Source: an uncultured Alphaproteobacteria bacterium (GTDB taxonomy: Bacteria > Pseudomonadota > Alphaproteobacteria > Puniceispirillales > Marisalimonadaceae). Taken from it: a DNA stretch of 64,000 nucleotides. Where the stretch lies: NCBI GenBank assembly GCA_937142855.1, contig CAKZQZ010000031.1:2201-66200 (forward strand). Reading direction: 5' to 3'. Numbering within the stretch: position 1 is the first letter of the stretch; every line of letters starts with the position of its first letter. The position numbers and the translations under genes were made by a program. Below are positions 28,516 to 39,005 of this stretch, piece after piece. A model generated the notes under the pieces. That model was not told where the DNA came from, ran no database searches, and worked only from the letters and a program-made list of their open reading frames with translations.

Positions 28516-30483
28516 ATGTCTAGCTATCCAAATACTAAAATTTACAACACTCTTCCAAAAATTTTAAGGCATAGAGCCGAAACTATTCCAAATACTGTGG
28601 CATTGCGAGATAAAGATCTTGGTATATGGAATGAGATCTCATGGAAGCATTACAATGATCAAGTTTCTTACCTGGCACTCAGCCTGGCAAAAAGAGGTTT
28701 TAAAACCGGTGATGTAATAGGTTTGATTGGAGATAATAAACCATCTTGGTTGTTTTTTGAACTTGCTGCACAGGCTGTTGGCGGAATGAGCCTGGGTATT
28801 TATAGAGATACACTTGATGAAGAAGTTGGCTACTTAATAGATGCTGCAAAAGTTAATTTTGTATACGCAGAAGATCAGGAACAAGTTGATAAAATTTTGA
28901 CAATAAAGAGGCCAAAAGGTAATAAAATTAATATTTATTATGAAGATAGTCGTGGCCTTAAGGAATTAGAAGACCCAAATATAACTGACATGCTTGACTT
29001 GATAAGTGAAGGCAAAGAAATAGCCTCAAAACACCCAGACAAATATAATAAAATGATAGACCAGGTATCAGCTGATCAAGAAGCAATCTTGTGTACTACT
29101 TCAGGAACAACCTCAAACCCTAAATTAGCCATGCTACCAGGTGGAAAATTTATTGAGCATGTCCTTAGATATTTAAAAGTAGATCCTAAAAATATAAACG
29201 ACGAGTATGTTTCTGTTCTACCGTTCCCTTGGATCATGGAACAAACCTACGGCGTTGGTTTTAACATTGTTGGAGGAATGAAAGTTAACTTTCCTGAAAG
29301 ACCTGATACCGCAATGGATGATTTACGAGAGGTTGGCCCTACTTTTATGCTTGGAGCACCTAGACTATGGGAACAAATAGCAGCAGATATGCGTTCAAGA
29401 ATATTAGATGCTCCTAAAATAACACAATGGTTATTTAATGTTATGGTTGAAAGAGGTTTAAAAGCAGTTGACCAAGGTAAAAGAGATTTTCTTGCTGATA
29501 AACTTTTATTCTCATCGTTAAAGGATAGACTAGGTTTTAGTAAAGTTACCTCCGCTGCAACCGGTGGTTCAGCAATTGGGCCGGAAACATTCAAATTTTT
29601 CTTAGCAATGGGGATACCACTTAGGCAATTATATGGTCAAACAGAATTAATGGGGGCGTACACTCTTCAAGATGTTCCCGAGGGGACAATGGATTGTGAG
29701 ACCGTTGGTGTGCCTTTTCCTGATTGTGAAATCAAAATTATAGACCCTGACCCTAATGGACTTGGTGAAATCATAACAAAACATCCAAGCATGTTCTCTG
29801 GTTATTACAATAATCCAAAAGCTTATAAAGAAACTATAAAAAAGGGATGGATGCACACAGGAGATGCTGGTTATTTTGATGATCAGGGAAGGCTTAATGT
29901 TCTTGATAGAGTAAATGATATTGCGATTAAATCAGACGGGGTAAAATTTTCACCGCAAAACATTGAAAACAAACTTAAGTTTTCCCCTTACGTTGGTGAA
30001 GCTGTTGTTATTGGAGCAGAAAAACCTTATTTGACAGCCATAATTTGTATAAGGTTCTCGATTGTATCTAAATTAGCAGAAAAATGGCAGTTAGCATTTA
30101 CTTCCTACACCGGTCTTGCTGCAGATAAAAAAATATATGCACTAATTGAAGAAGAAATATCAAAAGTAAACGAGCAACTACCTGATAATATCAAAATTGC
30201 AAAATTTTTATTATTGTTCAAGGAATTGGAAGCAGACGACGGCGAATTAACAAGAACAAAAAAAGTACGTAGAAGCGTTATAAATTCAAGATATAAAGAT
30301 ATTATTAAGGATTTATATTTAGACAAAGATACTGCCTCAATTGATACTGAATTCACTTTAGAAGACGGAAGAAAAAGTAAGATTAGCGCGACTATGGAAA
30401 TAAGGCATCTAATAGATACCAAAACTTCAAAGACTACCAAAGCTAAATCTAAAGCAAACAAATCCAGTAAAGGCAAAAAGTAA
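28516..30483 (+). CDS. Long-chain fatty acid-CoA ligase (AMP-binding)
   Basis: TTSGTTSNPK, LPFPWIME, YGQTE, HTGDAG, SPQNIENKLKFSPY, GELTRTKKVRR. Confidence 0.88.
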   Translation: MSSYPNTKIYNTLPKILRHRAETIPNTVALRDKDLGIWNEISWKHYNDQVSYLALSLAKRGFKTGDVIGLIGDNKPSWLFFELAAQAVGGMSLGIYRDTLDEEVGYLIDAAKVNFVYAEDQEQVDKILTIKRPKGNKINIYYEDSRGLKELEDPNITDMLDLISEGKEIASKHPDKYNKMIDQVSADQEAILCTTSGTTSNPKLAMLPGGKFIEHVLRYLKVDPKNINDEYVSVLPFPWIMEQTYGVGFNIVGGMKVNFPERPDTAMDDLREVGPTFMLGAPRLWEQIAADMRSRILDAPKITQWLFNVMVERGLKAVDQGKRDFLADKLLFSSLKDRLGFSKVTSAATGGSAIGPETFKFFLAMGIPLRQLYGQTELMGAYTLQDVPEGTMDCETVGVPFPDCEIKIIDPDPNGLGEIITKHPSMFSGYYNNPKAYKETIKKGWMHTGDAGYFDDQGRLNVLDRVNDIAIKSDGVKFSPQNIENKLKFSPYVGEAVVIGAEKPYLTAIICIRFSIVSKLAEKWQLAFTSYTGLAADKKIYALIEEEISKVNEQLPDNIKIAKFLLLFKELEADDGELTRTKKVRRSVINSRYKDIIKDLYLDKDTASIDTEFTLEDGRKSKISATMEIRHLIDTKTSKTTKAKSKANKSSKGKK

Positions 30484-31287
30484 ATGAGCTTAGATGATTT
30501 AAAAAAAATACCATACGGCAAGACTTCTATTGAATTAAAAAATATCAGTCTCGCCTTTGGTGGCGTGAAAGCCTTAACCGATGTTTCCTTTGATATTAAA
30601 AAAGGGGAAGTTTTTGCAATTATTGGACCTAATGGAGCTGGGAAATCATCAATGTTAAATGTGATTAATGGCTTCTACAAACCCACAAGTGGGTTAATTA
30701 ATTTTGCTGGAACAGATAGAAATGCAATGGAACCTGAATTTGCAGCCAAAAGTGGTATAGCAAGGACTTTCCAAAATATTGCTCTCTTTAAGGGTATGAG
30801 TACATTAGACAATTTAATGACAGGAAGACTGTTAAAACAAAAACAAAATTTTTTAATGCAAGCGCTTTATTTTGGTCCTGTTGAGAAAGAAGAGGCAGAA
30901 CATCGTGAAAAGGTAGAGCGAGTAATAGACTTTTTAGATCTTCAATCTATTAGAAGAACACCTGTAGGATCACTCCCCTATGGTTTACAAAAAAGAGTAG
31001 AACTCGGACGCGCATTAGCCATGGAACCAGAAATACTACTTCTTGACGAACCAATGGCAGGTATGAATGTTGAAGAAAAACAGGATATGAGCCGATTTGT
31101 TTTGACTGTAAACAATGAGTTAAAAACAACTATAGTTTTAATAGAACATGACATGGGTGTTGTGATGGATATTTCAGATAGAATTGTTGTATTGGATTAC
31201 GGAAAAAAAATAGGGTCTGGCTTGCCTGAAGAAATTAGAGATAACAAAGCAGTAATAGATGCTTATCTAGGAGTATCTGATGAGTAG
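30484..31287 (+). CDS. livG: ABC transporter ATPase (LivG family)
   Basis: GPNGAGKS, RTFQNIALF, LPYGLQKRVELGRAL, DEPMAG, IEHDM. Confidence 0.9.
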   Translation: MSLDDLKKIPYGKTSIELKNISLAFGGVKALTDVSFDIKKGEVFAIIGPNGAGKSSMLNVINGFYKPTSGLINFAGTDRNAMEPEFAAKSGIARTFQNIALFKGMSTLDNLMTGRLLKQKQNFLMQALYFGPVEKEEAEHREKVERVIDFLDLQSIRRTPVGSLPYGLQKRVELGRALAMEPEILLLDEPMAGMNVEEKQDMSRFVLTVNNELKTTIVLIEHDMGVVMDISDRIVVLDYGKKIGSGLPEEIRDNKAVIDAYLGVSDE

Positions 31288-31298
31288 GGAATTATAAA

Positions 31299-32303
31299 AT
31301 GAGCGTAGAGTTACTTAATTTTATTGAAACAGTTCTTAATGGACTTATGTCTGGCGTGATGTACTCATTAGTTGCTTTAGGATTTGTTTTAATTTTTAAA
31401 GCATCAGGGGTTTTTAATTTTGCACAGGGCGTCTTTGCATTATTTGCAGCCTTGACTCTCGTAGGGTATCAGACAGGTCAAGTTCCTTTTGCACACGTAA
31501 TCAATGAACTTTTTGGAACTAATTACCATAATTGGTATGCATCCATGCCAAACTTTTTAGCTATTATTTTGACTATGATTACGATGATCGCTCTTGCGTG
31601 GATTATTGAACGCCTTGTGCTCAAACATTTAGTAAATCAAGATCCTATTATTTTATTTATGGCTACTATTGGTTTAGCCTTTGCCTTAGAAGGTGTAGGA
31701 GACTTAATGTGGGGATCTGACGTTAAGGTTCTTGATGTAGGCATACCAAGTGGAGGATCTGTCTGGTTAGAAGAAGCCACAATAGGCTTGGCTGCTGAAG
31801 GAAGCGATTATTATGGAATGTATATTGACGTACTTAATGTATGGGCAACAGTAATAGCTGTTATTTTAGTTATTACATTAGCTCTTTTTTCACAGTATAC
31901 GAAGACAGGGAGAGCTCTAAGAGCAGTTGCAGACGATCATCAAGCTGCTTTGTCAGTTGGAATATCATTAAGAACAATTTGGATACTGGTTTGGGCCATT
32001 TCTGGATTTATAGCGATGGTCGCTGGAATTATGTGGGGCACTGAATCAGGTGTTCAATTTTCATTATCACTTATTGCTCTAAAAGCATTACCAGTTTTAA
32101 TACTTGGAGGATTTACTTCAATTCCAGGTGCAATAATTGGTGGCCTGCTAATTGGTGTAGGAGAAAAGTTAGCAGAAATTTATATTGGTGGTTATTTCGA
32201 GACAGGGGCGCTAGAAAATTGGTTTGCCTACGTTATGGCATTAGTATTTTTATTATTTCGTCCCCAAGGATTATTTGGCGATAAGATTATCGAGAGGGTT
32301 TAA
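31299..32303 (+). CDS. livH: ABC transporter permease (LivH family)
   Basis: ALGFVLIFKASGVFNFAQG, TKTGRALRAVADD, ILGGFTSIPGA. Confidence 0.88.
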   Translation: MSVELLNFIETVLNGLMSGVMYSLVALGFVLIFKASGVFNFAQGVFALFAALTLVGYQTGQVPFAHVINELFGTNYHNWYASMPNFLAIILTMITMIALAWIIERLVLKHLVNQDPIILFMATIGLAFALEGVGDLMWGSDVKVLDVGIPSGGSVWLEEATIGLAAEGSDYYGMYIDVLNVWATVIAVILVITLALFSQYTKTGRALRAVADDHQAALSVGISLRTIWILVWAISGFIAMVAGIMWGTESGVQFSLSLIALKALPVLILGGFTSIPGAIIGGLLIGVGEKLAEIYIGGYFETGALENWFAYVMALVFLLFRPQGLFGDKIIERV

Positions 32304-32308
32304 GGCTT

Positions 32309-33388
32309 ATGATTTACAAAGAAACAGGACAATATAAATCTTCATATAAGTCAGATCATGCTATTTTTCCTCTCATTCAGGACAAAATTGCTTTTAGCAC
32401 TCTTATGTTTATAGCATTTCTTGTAATTCCTTTTGTTATTAATAGTTATTGGGAAAAGGCTATACTTGTACCTTTTTTAATTTTCTCTCTAGCTGCAATT
32501 GGTCTTAATATATTGACAGGCTACTGTGGCCAGGTTTCACTTGGCACAGGAGGCTTTATGGCCGTTGGTGCCTTTTCCACCTATAAAATTATGACCTATT
32601 TCCCTGATATGAACATTATGATAATTATATTAATTTCAGGATTAATTACTGCAGGTGTTGGTATTCTTTTTGGACTGCCTTCTCTTCGGATAAAAGGCTT
32701 TTATTTGGCAGTTGCAACTCTTGCTGCTCAATTTTTTCTTGTTTGGTTATTTAACAAAGTACCATGGTTCTATAACTACTCAGATACAGGACAAATAACT
32801 GTATCCGAGAGGCTGATGTTTGGAATACCAGTTACTGGGGCATCAGCCCCACCATACGCTACTTATCTATTTTGTTTAGTCCTTGTAGTTTTACTTGGGT
32901 TTGCTGCCAAAAATCTTATAAGAAGTAAAATAGGAAGATCATGGATGGCTATTAGAGATATGGATATTGCCGCAGAAATTATTGGGGTTCCTCCATTAAA
33001 AACAAAATTATCTGCCTTTGCTATTAGTTCATTTTATATAGGTGTCGCAGGTGCATTGTATTTTGCAGTGTTTCTTGGGGCGATAGAAGTAACAGAATCA
33101 TTTGATATAATGACAATCTCATTCCCAGTTTTATTTATGATAATTATTGGTGGGCTTGGTTCTATGTTAGGATCGTTTCTTGGAGCTGCTTTTATCGTCA
33201 CCCTACCAATTGGCTTAAAGTTTGTTATGGTAGACATGGTAGGTATGTCTGCAGTGACAGCCAAACACTTTGAGATAACAATCTGGGGATTGTTAATGAT
33301 TATTTTTCTAATTGTAGAGCCTCACGGCCTTGCAAGACTTTGGTCCATCGCAAAAGAAAAGTTAAGAAGATGGCCTTTCCCCTACTAA
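32309..33388 (+). CDS. livM: ABC transporter permease (LivM family)
   Basis: GYCGQVSLGTGGF, LRIKGFYLAVATLA, GRSWMAIRD, IIGGLGS. Confidence 0.88.
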   Translation: MIYKETGQYKSSYKSDHAIFPLIQDKIAFSTLMFIAFLVIPFVINSYWEKAILVPFLIFSLAAIGLNILTGYCGQVSLGTGGFMAVGAFSTYKIMTYFPDMNIMIIILISGLITAGVGILFGLPSLRIKGFYLAVATLAAQFFLVWLFNKVPWFYNYSDTGQITVSERLMFGIPVTGASAPPYATYLFCLVLVVLLGFAAKNLIRSKIGRSWMAIRDMDIAAEIIGVPPLKTKLSAFAISSFYIGVAGALYFAVFLGAIEVTESFDIMTISFPVLFMIIIGGLGSMLGSFLGAAFIVTLPIGLKFVMVDMVGMSAVTAKHFEITIWGLLMIIFLIVEPHGLARLWSIAKEKLRRWPFPY

Positions 33389-33437
33389 ATTTTATTTAGT
33401 AGATTTTTTGTTAATTTTATCTCTAAGGGAGGATCTA

Positions 33438-34733
33438 ATGAGAATAAAACAACTTCTAATGGGAATAGTAGCTTCTGTTATAGCTGTTTCTAGTTATGTA
33501 GAAATTGCGGTTGCAGATCTAAAATTTCCAATGTTAGTTTACCGAACAGGAGCGTATGCGCCTAATGGTATTCCTAACGCTGATGGTTTTGTAGATTACT
33601 ACAAAATGATCAATGCCAGAGACGGTGGTATTGGTGGTGAGAAAATATTACACCCTGAGTGTGAAACTGGTTATAAGACACAAGTTGGTGTTGAGTGTTA
33701 TGAAAAAAACAAACAAGACGCTATGGTTTTCCAACCAATGTCTACTGGTATTACTTACCAGTTGATTCCAAAAGCAACAGCTGATGGTGTAACTGTATAT
33801 TCAACAGGATATGGAAGAACATCTGCTGCGAACGGAAAGGTTTTTAAGTGGATATTTAATGCACCCGTTACTTATTGGGATGGAGCTTCTATTGCCGTCA
33901 AACATATATTGGGTAAAAACTCGAACGATATTAAAGGTAAAACTATAGCACTTGTTTATCATAACTCAGCATATGGAAAAGAACCAATAAGAACTTTGGA
34001 ACAGCTTGGAAAAAAGCATGGCTTTAAATTAATGTTACTGCCTGTTGACCATCCAGGACAAGAGCAAAAAGCGACATGGTTAAAAATACGAAAGGCTCGT
34101 CCTGATTATATTTTAATGTGGGGATGGGGAGTTATGAACCAAGTTGCTGTTAAATCTGCAGCGTCAATTAAATTTCCAATGGAAAATTTTATAGGCATCT
34201 GGTGGTCAGGTTCTGAGAATGATGTTTTACCAGCTGGAGAAGGTGCGCATGGATATAAGTCTTTAACTTTCAATGCACCTGGATCTAATTATCAAGTTCA
34301 TAAAGACATTAAGAAATATGTTCATGATAAAGGAGAAGCATCTGGTGACGGCTCACACTTTGGAACAGTTCTATATAATAGAGGTTTATTCCAGGCTATG
34401 GTTCAAGTAGAAGCTGCAAGAGTTGCACAACAAATTCATGGTACTTCTAAAATAACACCCGCAATGTATAGAGATGGTATGGAGAATGTTAAACTTGATG
34501 CTAAGAGATTAGAAGAGCTTGGGTTTAAGGACTTTGCCCCTCCATTTGCGAACAGTTGTGAAAACCACGGTGGTAGTGGCCTTGCAGCTGTTCAGCAGTG
34601 GGATGCAAAAACTAAGTCATGGAGTATGATCACTGACTATATGGGAAGTGATAGAGCTATTATTGACAAGTTAATTGCTGAAGACTCTAACAAATATGCA
34701 GCTGAGCAAAAAATTGCTGAGCGTTGTAACTAA
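33438..34733 (+). CDS. ABC transporter substrate-binding protein (Liv-type family, probably fatty/organic acid)
   Basis: AAGGGAGG RBS, ATG 33438, signal peptide, RTGAYAPNG, YHNSAYGKE, LWGWGVM-like motif, CENHGG. Confidence 0.85.
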   Translation: MRIKQLLMGIVASVIAVSSYVEIAVADLKFPMLVYRTGAYAPNGIPNADGFVDYYKMINARDGGIGGEKILHPECETGYKTQVGVECYEKNKQDAMVFQPMSTGITYQLIPKATADGVTVYSTGYGRTSAANGKVFKWIFNAPVTYWDGASIAVKHILGKNSNDIKGKTIALVYHNSAYGKEPIRTLEQLGKKHGFKLMLLPVDHPGQEQKATWLKIRKARPDYILMWGWGVMNQVAVKSAASIKFPMENFIGIWWSGSENDVLPAGEGAHGYKSLTFNAPGSNYQVHKDIKKYVHDKGEASGDGSHFGTVLYNRGLFQAMVQVEAARVAQQIHGTSKITPAMYRDGMENVKLDAKRLEELGFKDFAPPFANSCENHGGSGLAAVQQWDAKTKSWSMITDYMGSDRAIIDKLIAEDSNKYAAEQKIAERCN

Positions 34734-34740
34734 AAATATT

Positions 34741-34764
34741 GAGAGCCTAATAAATTAGGCTCTC
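34741..34764 (+). terminator. Stem-loop after the SBP gene
   Basis: GAGAGCCTAA-TAAA-TTAGGCTCTC, perfect 10-bp stem followed by TTT. Confidence 0.75.
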
Positions 34765-34785
34765 TTTAACTATAGGATTAATAAT

Positions 34786-35622
34786 ATGGATGACATTAAA
34801 ATGGCTAAAAATGAAACCAGCTCTACTGAAGATATATTAATCGTTAATAATATTGAGGTAGTCTATAGCCATGTTATTTTAGTGTTAAAAGGCGTTAGCC
34901 TTAAAGTTAAAAAAGGTGGAATAACTGCTTTGCTTGGTGGTAACGGTGCAGGTAAAAGTACAACCTTAAAATCAATCTCAAATTTACTAGCTTCAGAAAG
35001 AGGAGAAGTTACAAAAGGATCTGTAACTTTTAGTGATGAGTATATACATGACCTTGATCCTGCCCAATTAGTTAAGAAGGGCGTAATTCAAGTTATGGAA
35101 GGAAGACATTGTTTTGAGCATTTAACTGTTGAAGAAAATCTTTTGACTGGTGCCTACACTAGAAGTAACTCTAAGGAAGTAAAAGATGATTTGGAAAGAG
35201 TTTACAATTACTTTCCAAGACTTCGTGAAAGAAGAACATCTTTAGCTGGGTATACCTCTGGAGGCGAACAACAAATGATTGCCATTGGAAGAGCATTAAT
35301 GGCTCATCCAACCATGATATTACTTGATGAGCCGTCAATGGGACTTGCCCCTCAATTAGTAAAACAAATATTTGAGATAGTTGCAGAAATAAATAGAAAG
35401 GAGGGTGTCACAATCCTTCTAGCTGAACAGAATACAAACATAGCTCTTCAATATTCAGAATATGCATATATACTTGAAAACGGTCGAGTGGTGATGGAAG
35501 GATCTGCTGAATCAATGAGAGATAATGAAGATGTCAAAGAATTCTATCTTGGTATTTCTGGAGAAGGAAGACAATCTTTTAAAGATGTAAAACAATACAG
35601 ACGCAGAAAAAGATGGTTGTAA
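34786..35622 (+). CDS. livF: ABC transporter ATPase (LivF family)
   Basis: GGNGAGKST, QVMEGRH, TSGGEQQM, DEPSMGLAP, AEQN. Confidence 0.9.
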   Translation: MDDIKMAKNETSSTEDILIVNNIEVVYSHVILVLKGVSLKVKKGGITALLGGNGAGKSTTLKSISNLLASERGEVTKGSVTFSDEYIHDLDPAQLVKKGVIQVMEGRHCFEHLTVEENLLTGAYTRSNSKEVKDDLERVYNYFPRLRERRTSLAGYTSGGEQQMIAIGRALMAHPTMILLDEPSMGLAPQLVKQIFEIVAEINRKEGVTILLAEQNTNIALQYSEYAYILENGRVVMEGSAESMRDNEDVKEFYLGISGEGRQSFKDVKQYRRRKRWL

Positions 35623-35628
35623 AAATAA

Positions 35629-36873
35629 ATGAAGAAGTTCGAATTTTTTGATGACTTAGAATTACGTTCTACTGAACAAAGAAACGAAGATCATCTAAAA
35701 CAACTAACTCGACTTATCCAAGAAGCAAAAAAAAATAAAAACCAATTATCAAGACTTAACAAAGAAGTTAAAGATTTAAGTGATTTAGAATTAATACCTG
35801 TCTTAAGAAAATCTGATTTAATCGAAAAACAAAGTAAATCTCTTCCTTTCGCTGAATTAAATGTAAGTGAAATAATAAAATTTAAGCATATATATAGATC
35901 ACCAGGGCCAATTTATGATTTAGACGGTCATGCTAATAATTGGTGGCGTTTTGCAAGAGCACTTCACGCAGCAGGTTTCAAGCATGGTGATATAGTACAA
36001 AATTGTTTTTCTTATCATTTTACGCCGGCAGGAGCTATGTTCGAAGAAGCTGCTAAGATTCTTAAATGTACTGTTTTTCCTGCTGGAGGAGAAAATTCAG
36101 ATTTACAATTAGAGGTTATGAGAGATATCGGAACAACCGCCTATGTAGGCGTTCCTGATTTTTTGAAAATCATATTAGAAAAAGCTGACGAAAACAAAAT
36201 TTTACTTCCAAATCTTAAAAAAGCAATGGTAACAGGTGGTCCCCTTTTTCCTGCTGTTGCACAAAATTTTAAAGAACGTAATATTCAAACCAGACAGTGT
36301 TATGGTACTGCCGACCTAGGGTTAGTTGCTTATGAGGGTGCAGAAAATGATGGAATGATAATTGATGAAGATGTTATTTTAGAAATAGTTAAACCTGGAA
36401 CGGGGAAGCAAGTTAAAGATGGGGAAGTTGGCGAGGTTGTAGTAACTGTTCTTAATAATTACGAATTACCTATTATTAGATTTGCTACTGGTGATCTTTC
36501 AGCATTCATGGAAGGTAAAAGCATAACAGGTAGGACAAACAAAAGAATTAAAGGTTGGATGGGCAGAGCTGACCAGACAACAAAAGTAAGGGGAATGTTT
36601 GTACAACCTTCTCAAATAAATAAAATTTTAGAAAATCTTAAAATTAATGATAATGCTAGAATGATTATTTCTAGGTCAAATGACAGGGATGAGCTTCTGC
36701 TTAAGGTAGAATCAAAACTTACTGATATTAATGAAATAGATGCCATTCAAAAAAGAATTTCAGAAGAAATAAAAAGTGTCATTAATTTACGAGGAGAGAC
36801 AAAAATTGTTACGGTAAATAGTTTACCAAATGATGGAAAAGTGATAGATGATATTCGAGATTTTGGAGATTAA
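35629..36873 (+). CDS. Phenylacetate-CoA ligase family protein (PaaK-like)
   Basis: SPGPIY, NCFSYHFTPAG, YGTADLG, IRFATGD, GRADQTTKVRGMFV. Confidence 0.82.
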   Translation: MKKFEFFDDLELRSTEQRNEDHLKQLTRLIQEAKKNKNQLSRLNKEVKDLSDLELIPVLRKSDLIEKQSKSLPFAELNVSEIIKFKHIYRSPGPIYDLDGHANNWWRFARALHAAGFKHGDIVQNCFSYHFTPAGAMFEEAAKILKCTVFPAGGENSDLQLEVMRDIGTTAYVGVPDFLKIILEKADENKILLPNLKKAMVTGGPLFPAVAQNFKERNIQTRQCYGTADLGLVAYEGAENDGMIIDEDVILEIVKPGTGKQVKDGEVGEVVVTVLNNYELPIIRFATGDLSAFMEGKSITGRTNKRIKGWMGRADQTTKVRGMFVQPSQINKILENLKINDNARMIISRSNDRDELLLKVESKLTDINEIDAIQKRISEEIKSVINLRGETKIVTVNSLPNDGKVIDDIRDFGD

Positions 36874-36876
36874 ATA

Positions 36877-37626
36877 ATGAAACTTGAAAATGTTAAAGCC
36901 GTTATTACGGGTGCTGGCAGTGGTCTTGGAGAAGGAACAGCAAGGTACTTAAGTGAAAGAGGTGCAGAACTTTTATTAATTGACCTCAATGAGGAAGGTC
37001 TTAAGAAAGTAGCTAATGACTTAGGTGCTAATTATTTTGTAGGTGATGTATCTAATGAAATCGAAATGACAAAAGCGGTTAAGGATTTTGAAGGTGTAAA
37101 TTGCCTAGTAAATTGTGCTGGAATTGCAGTTGGAGCAAAAGTTGTTTCTAGTAGAGGTATGCATAGTTTAAATTTATTTGAAAAAGTCCTTAATGTTAAT
37201 TTGATAGGAAGCTTCAACATGCTTCGTTTGTGTGCCGATAAAATGCAATCTAATGATCCAGACCACGAAGGAGAAAAGGGAGTTATAATAAACACTGCAT
37301 CTGTTGCAGCTTATGATGGCCAAATAGGTCAGGCTGCCTATTCCGCTTCTAAGGGTGGTATAGTGGGAATGACATTGCCAATCGCAAGAGAATTGGCTGC
37401 ACATGGAATAAGGGTGAATACGATTGCTCCAGGCTTGTTTTCCACTCCAATGTTATCAGGCATGAGCGAGGAAGTTCAAAAAAGTTTAATAGCAACGACT
37501 ATTTTCCCAAAACGCCTTGGAACGTCTTTAGAGTATGCCATGTTAGTAGAGAGCATTTTAACAAACGTTTTATTAAATGGGGAAACAATCAGACTTGATG
37601 GATCAGTTAGATTAGCTCCTAGATAA
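36877..37626 (+). CDS. SDR, type II 3-hydroxyacyl-CoA dehydrogenase (HSD17B10-like)
   Basis: TGAGSGLG, NCAG, NTASVAAYDGQIGQAAYSASKGG, GETIRLDG. Confidence 0.88.
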   Translation: MKLENVKAVITGAGSGLGEGTARYLSERGAELLLIDLNEEGLKKVANDLGANYFVGDVSNEIEMTKAVKDFEGVNCLVNCAGIAVGAKVVSSRGMHSLNLFEKVLNVNLIGSFNMLRLCADKMQSNDPDHEGEKGVIINTASVAAYDGQIGQAAYSASKGGIVGMTLPIARELAAHGIRVNTIAPGLFSTPMLSGMSEEVQKSLIATTIFPKRLGTSLEYAMLVESILTNVLLNGETIRLDGSVRLAPR

Positions 37627-37647
37627 TAATTTTGGTATTATTCTATA

Positions 37648-38097
37648 ATGAAAATAACTCCAAAATATTTTGAAGATTTTAATGTAGGGTATACCTTTGA
37701 AACTGAACCTACTCTAATCTCTAAAAATGAAATTATAGATTTTGCTTCAAAATACGATCCACAACTTTTTCATCTTGATGAGGAAAAAGCAAAAAAAGGT
37801 CCGTTTGGTCAATTAACCTCAAGTGGGTTCATGACGCTTGGCAAATCTTTTACTCAAATATTTCTGACAGGAATTTTTGATGGAACAAGTATGGGCGCTT
37901 GGGGAATAGATGAGTTACGGTGGACAAAACCTGTTTGTCCTGGTGATCTTTTAAAAACTAAAGTAGAAGTCCTAGAAACCAAAAGGTCTTCTAAAAATCC
38001 AAAGAAAGGTACTGTAAGATTAAAACATACAGTTACAAATCATAATAAGGAAGTTGTGATGACCTGGATATCTAACCAAATGCTAAAAACGAAGTAA
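37648..38097 (+). CDS. MaoC-family dehydratase
   Basis: YFEDF, FASKYDPQLFHLDEE, SGFMT, WTKPVCPGD. Confidence 0.85.
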   Translation: MKITPKYFEDFNVGYTFETEPTLISKNEIIDFASKYDPQLFHLDEEKAKKGPFGQLTSSGFMTLGKSFTQIFLTGIFDGTSMGAWGIDELRWTKPVCPGDLLKTKVEVLETKRSSKNPKKGTVRLKHTVTNHNKEVVMTWISNQMLKTK

Positions 38098-38117
38098 TAA
38101 TTTAATGAAAAACTAAT

Positions 38118-39005
38118 CTAATGTATTATTTTTTTAAACAAACGTCCGTCTAAAATAATTAGCCCTAAAATGATTACTATTAATCCTAAATACTCATTAG
38201 TGGTAATATTTTGATCCAAGAAAAAAGCATTTAAAAAAATAGACGAGGGAGGAATTATTATAGTGCAAATTAATAAATTTCCTGCCCCAGCACTTTCAAG
38301 TATTTTAAAATATAAAAAGTAAGCAAACACAGAACAAATTATTGCAAAAACGAATGCATATTTAACAATATAAAAATTTAAAGAGTATATTTCTTCCAAG
38401 TGATTAATGATAGCGTATGGGGTAAGTATGATAGTGCTGACAGTTAACATCCCTGTTGCAGCTATTATTGGAGAAAAATTTTGCAATCTTAACTTTCCCC
38501 ATACTCCAGCAAAACCATACGAAATTGTTGCTATTATTATTAAATACTTTCCTAAATCATCATTTTTTAATTCAAATATATTTTGGTAACCAACAGCTAT
38601 CACGACCCCTAAAATACCAATTGATATCCCTACTACTCTACTCAAATTCAACCTCTCAAGAGGCAAAAATAATGATGCTAAAATTATAGCTACAAAAGAT
38701 GTGTTAGCATTTAAAATAGATGCTAATCCACCTGTTGTTGTCTGTTGACCAAAAGTTATCAATAAAAAAGGAAAAATATTATTTAATAAACTCATGATGG
38801 AAAGGTTAAAAAAATTATTAAATGTAAACTGAAATTTAATACCCTTGATATATATAAAGAGTATTAAAAAAATAGAAGCAATAGACACACGAAGATAAAC
38901 AATCATAAAGGGACTTAAATATTTTAGGAGAACCTCAACAAAGAAAAAACTTGATCCCCAAAACAGCCCTAATAATGAAACTAATAACCAATCTTTATTT
39001 GCCAT
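38118..39005 (-). CDS. DMT/EamA family transporter
   Basis: WGSSF, NNIFPFLLI..GQ, two EamA repeats, about ten TM helices. Confidence 0.88.
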   Translation of the reverse strand: MANKDWLLVSLLGLFWGSSFFFVEVLLKYLSPFMIVYLRVSIASIFLILFIYIKGIKFQFTFNNFFNLSIMSLLNNIFPFLLITFGQQTTTGGLASILNANTSFVAIILASLFLPLERLNLSRVVGISIGILGVVIAVGYQNIFELKNDDLGKYLIIIATISYGFAGVWGKLRLQNFSPIIAATGMLTVSTIILTPYAIINHLEEIYSLNFYIVKYAFVFAIICSVFAYFLYFKILESAGAGNLLICTIIIPPSSIFLNAFFLDQNITTNEYLGLIVIILGLIILDGRLFKKIIH

